Origin: Candidatus Saccharimonadota bacterium
GTDB lineage: Bacteria > Pseudomonadota > Gammaproteobacteria > Enterobacterales > Enterobacteriaceae
Assembly (NCBI RefSeq): GCF_900128735.1
Contig: NZ_LT667503.1
Coordinates: 390,001-422,000, forward strand
Length of the DNA stretch: 32,000 nt
Direction of reading: 5' to 3'
Under the pieces are notes generated by a model, which was not told the origin of the DNA, did no database searches, and saw only the letters and a list, made by a program, of their open reading frames with translations. Shown here piece after piece: positions 30,948 to 32,000 of this stretch. A program made the position numbers and the translations under genes. Numbering within the stretch: position 1 is the stretch's first letter; every line of letters begins with the position of its first letter.

Positions 30948-31445
30948 ATGACCGGTTTAAATCCTAAAAAAGACCGAATTCTTGAAATTGCATCTATTAT
31001 TACCGATAAAAAATTAAAAATACTTGCAGAAGGTCCAAATATCTGTATTTATCAAAAAGAAAAAATATTAAAAAATATGGACAATAATATTTACTGTATA
31101 CATAAAAAAAATGGATTATTAAAAAAAATTAAAAATAGCAAAATTCGTGAAAAAGAAGCAGAAAAAAAAACATTAAAATTTTTAAAAAAATGGGTGCCTA
31201 TTCATACTTCTCCTATATGCGGTAACACAATTTCACAAGATCGAATTTTTTTAAAAAAATTTATGCCACAATTAGAATCATATTTTCATTATCGCCATAT
31301 TGATATCAGCACACTTAAAGAATTAGTTAAACGTTGGAAACCTCATTATATAAAAGAAAAAAAAAAAAATAAACATCGAGCTTTATCAGATTTATATGAA
31401 TCTATATCAGAATTATTATTCTATAAAAAAAATTTTTTTCAATAA
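30948..31445 (+). CDS. orn: Oligoribonuclease. The uninterrupted ORF lacks the first DEDD motif, and the likely true start is ATG 30910, reached only with one extra A in the A10 tract
   Basis: MTGLNPKKDRILEIASIITD...ILAEGP...SPICGNTISQDRIFL...YFHYRHIDISTLKEL.KRWKP is colinear with E. coli Orn from its residue 15 or so. The 24 nt upstream in the same frame encode NLIWIDLE, as in E. coli NLIWIDLEMTGL, but that frame is closed by TAA at 30915-30917. Confidence 0.88.
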   Translation: MTGLNPKKDRILEIASIITDKKLKILAEGPNICIYQKEKILKNMDNNIYCIHKKNGLLKKIKNSKIREKEAEKKTLKFLKKWVPIHTSPICGNTISQDRIFLKKFMPQLESYFHYRHIDISTLKELVKRWKPHYIKEKKKNKHRALSDLYESISELLFYKKNFFQ

Positions 31446-31481
31446 ATCTATAGAATAATTAACTAATCAGTTAAATAAAAC

Positions 31482-31509
31482 TTGCAAAAAACTATAAATT
31501 TTATATAAT
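31482..31509 (+). promoter_or_regulatory. Candidate sigma-70 promoter for tRNA-Gly
   Basis: TTGCAA (31482-31487), 16-nt spacer, TATAAT (31504-31509), ending 18 nt before the tRNA 5' end. The A/T-rich background makes chance matches likely. Confidence 0.3.
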
Positions 31510-31527
31510 AAAAAAAGTGAATATACT

Positions 31528-31600
31528 GCGGGAATAGCTCAGCCGGAAGAGCGCAACCTTGCCAAGGTTGAGGTCGCGAGTTCAAATCTCGTTTCCCGCT
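31528..31600 (+). tRNA. tRNA-Gly (anticodon GCC), no encoded CCA
   Basis: GCGGGAATAGCTCAGCCGGAAGAGCGCAACCTTGCCAAGGTTGAGGTCGCGAGTTCAAATCTCGTTTCCCGCT closely matches E. coli tRNA-Gly3. It follows orn as glyV does in E. coli. Confidence 0.93.
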
Positions 31601-31739
31601 GAAACAATATCATCCAATAAACTTATAAAACAAAAAATTCTATCATTCCATTTTTTAAAAAAATAATCCGTCCTTAAAATATATAAAAAAATAAAAAAAC
31701 TTTAAATCAAAAATATTTATATACTAATATAAATCGTAT

Positions 31740-31946
31740 TTAATTAGAAAGATTAAAACGTTTTTTAAATTTTTGTATACGCCCAGTAGTATTCAGTTTT
31801 CTTTGTTTGCCTGTATAAAAAGGATGACATTGCGAACACATATCTAATTGCATATCACTAACTTTAGTAGAAAAAACTGGAATTTTATATCCGCAAGAAC
31901 AAATAGCAAAAATTTGTTTATATTCCGGATGAATATTTTTTTTCAT
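31740..31946 (-). CDS. rpmE: 50S ribosomal protein L31 (zinc-ribbon form)
   Basis: 68-aa ORF reading [10 protein letters not shown]...CSCG...[13 protein letters not shown]...GRIQKF.KRF. All four Zn-ligand Cys are retained. Confidence 0.95.
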   Translation of the reverse strand: MKKNIHPEYKQIFAICSCGYKIPVFSTKVSDMQLDMCSQCHPFYTGKQRKLNTTGRIQKFKKRFNLSN

Positions 31947-32000
31947 AATATATTCTCAAAGTCAATTGTAGTATATAATACTAAATTATTAATATTATTG

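Overview
This window is a very A+T-rich (about 80% by eye), gene-dense stretch of conserved core genome from a reduced gammaproteobacterial insect endosymbiont. Gene order is: spc/S10 ribosomal-protein operons, tuf, fusA, rpsG, rpsL, tusBCD, trpS, rpe, aroB, aroK, tRNA-Ser, nfuA/bioH, ssb/dusA, dnaB, ruvX, trmB/mutY-yggX, sbcB, tRNA-Asn/tRNA-Ile2, dut-like, rplI, rpsR, rpsF, miaA/orn, tRNA-Gly, rpmE. This matches what I remember of Buchnera aphidicola, but the lineage call is from memory, not a search. Products were assigned by comparing the supplied translations, plus my own hand translations, with E. coli orthologues recalled from memory. I found no mobile elements, CRISPR arrays, rRNA genes, defence islands or other accessory cargo, and no convincing undescribed multi-gene system. 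The signals worth a second look are small-scale. (1) Three genes (tusC, sbcB, orn) have frames broken exactly at 10-nt homopolymer tracts, and one extra base restores a full-length orthologue in each. (2) mutY runs in frame into yggX through an A9 tract, and one extra A would create the expected mutY stop. These four sites are either assembly undercalls, young pseudogenes, or transcriptional-slippage-dependent genes of the kind already described in aphid and ant endosymbionts. (3) A dut homologue stays open for 139 codons but has lost the catalytic motif III and motif V residues. (4) The tuf-rpsJ spacer carries a three-segment inverted repeat that can form mutually exclusive hairpins. (5) Long non-coding spacers lie next to tusD (where E. 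coli has yheO/fkpA) and upstream of miaA (where E. coli has mutL), while hfq and priB are simply absent from their short spacers.
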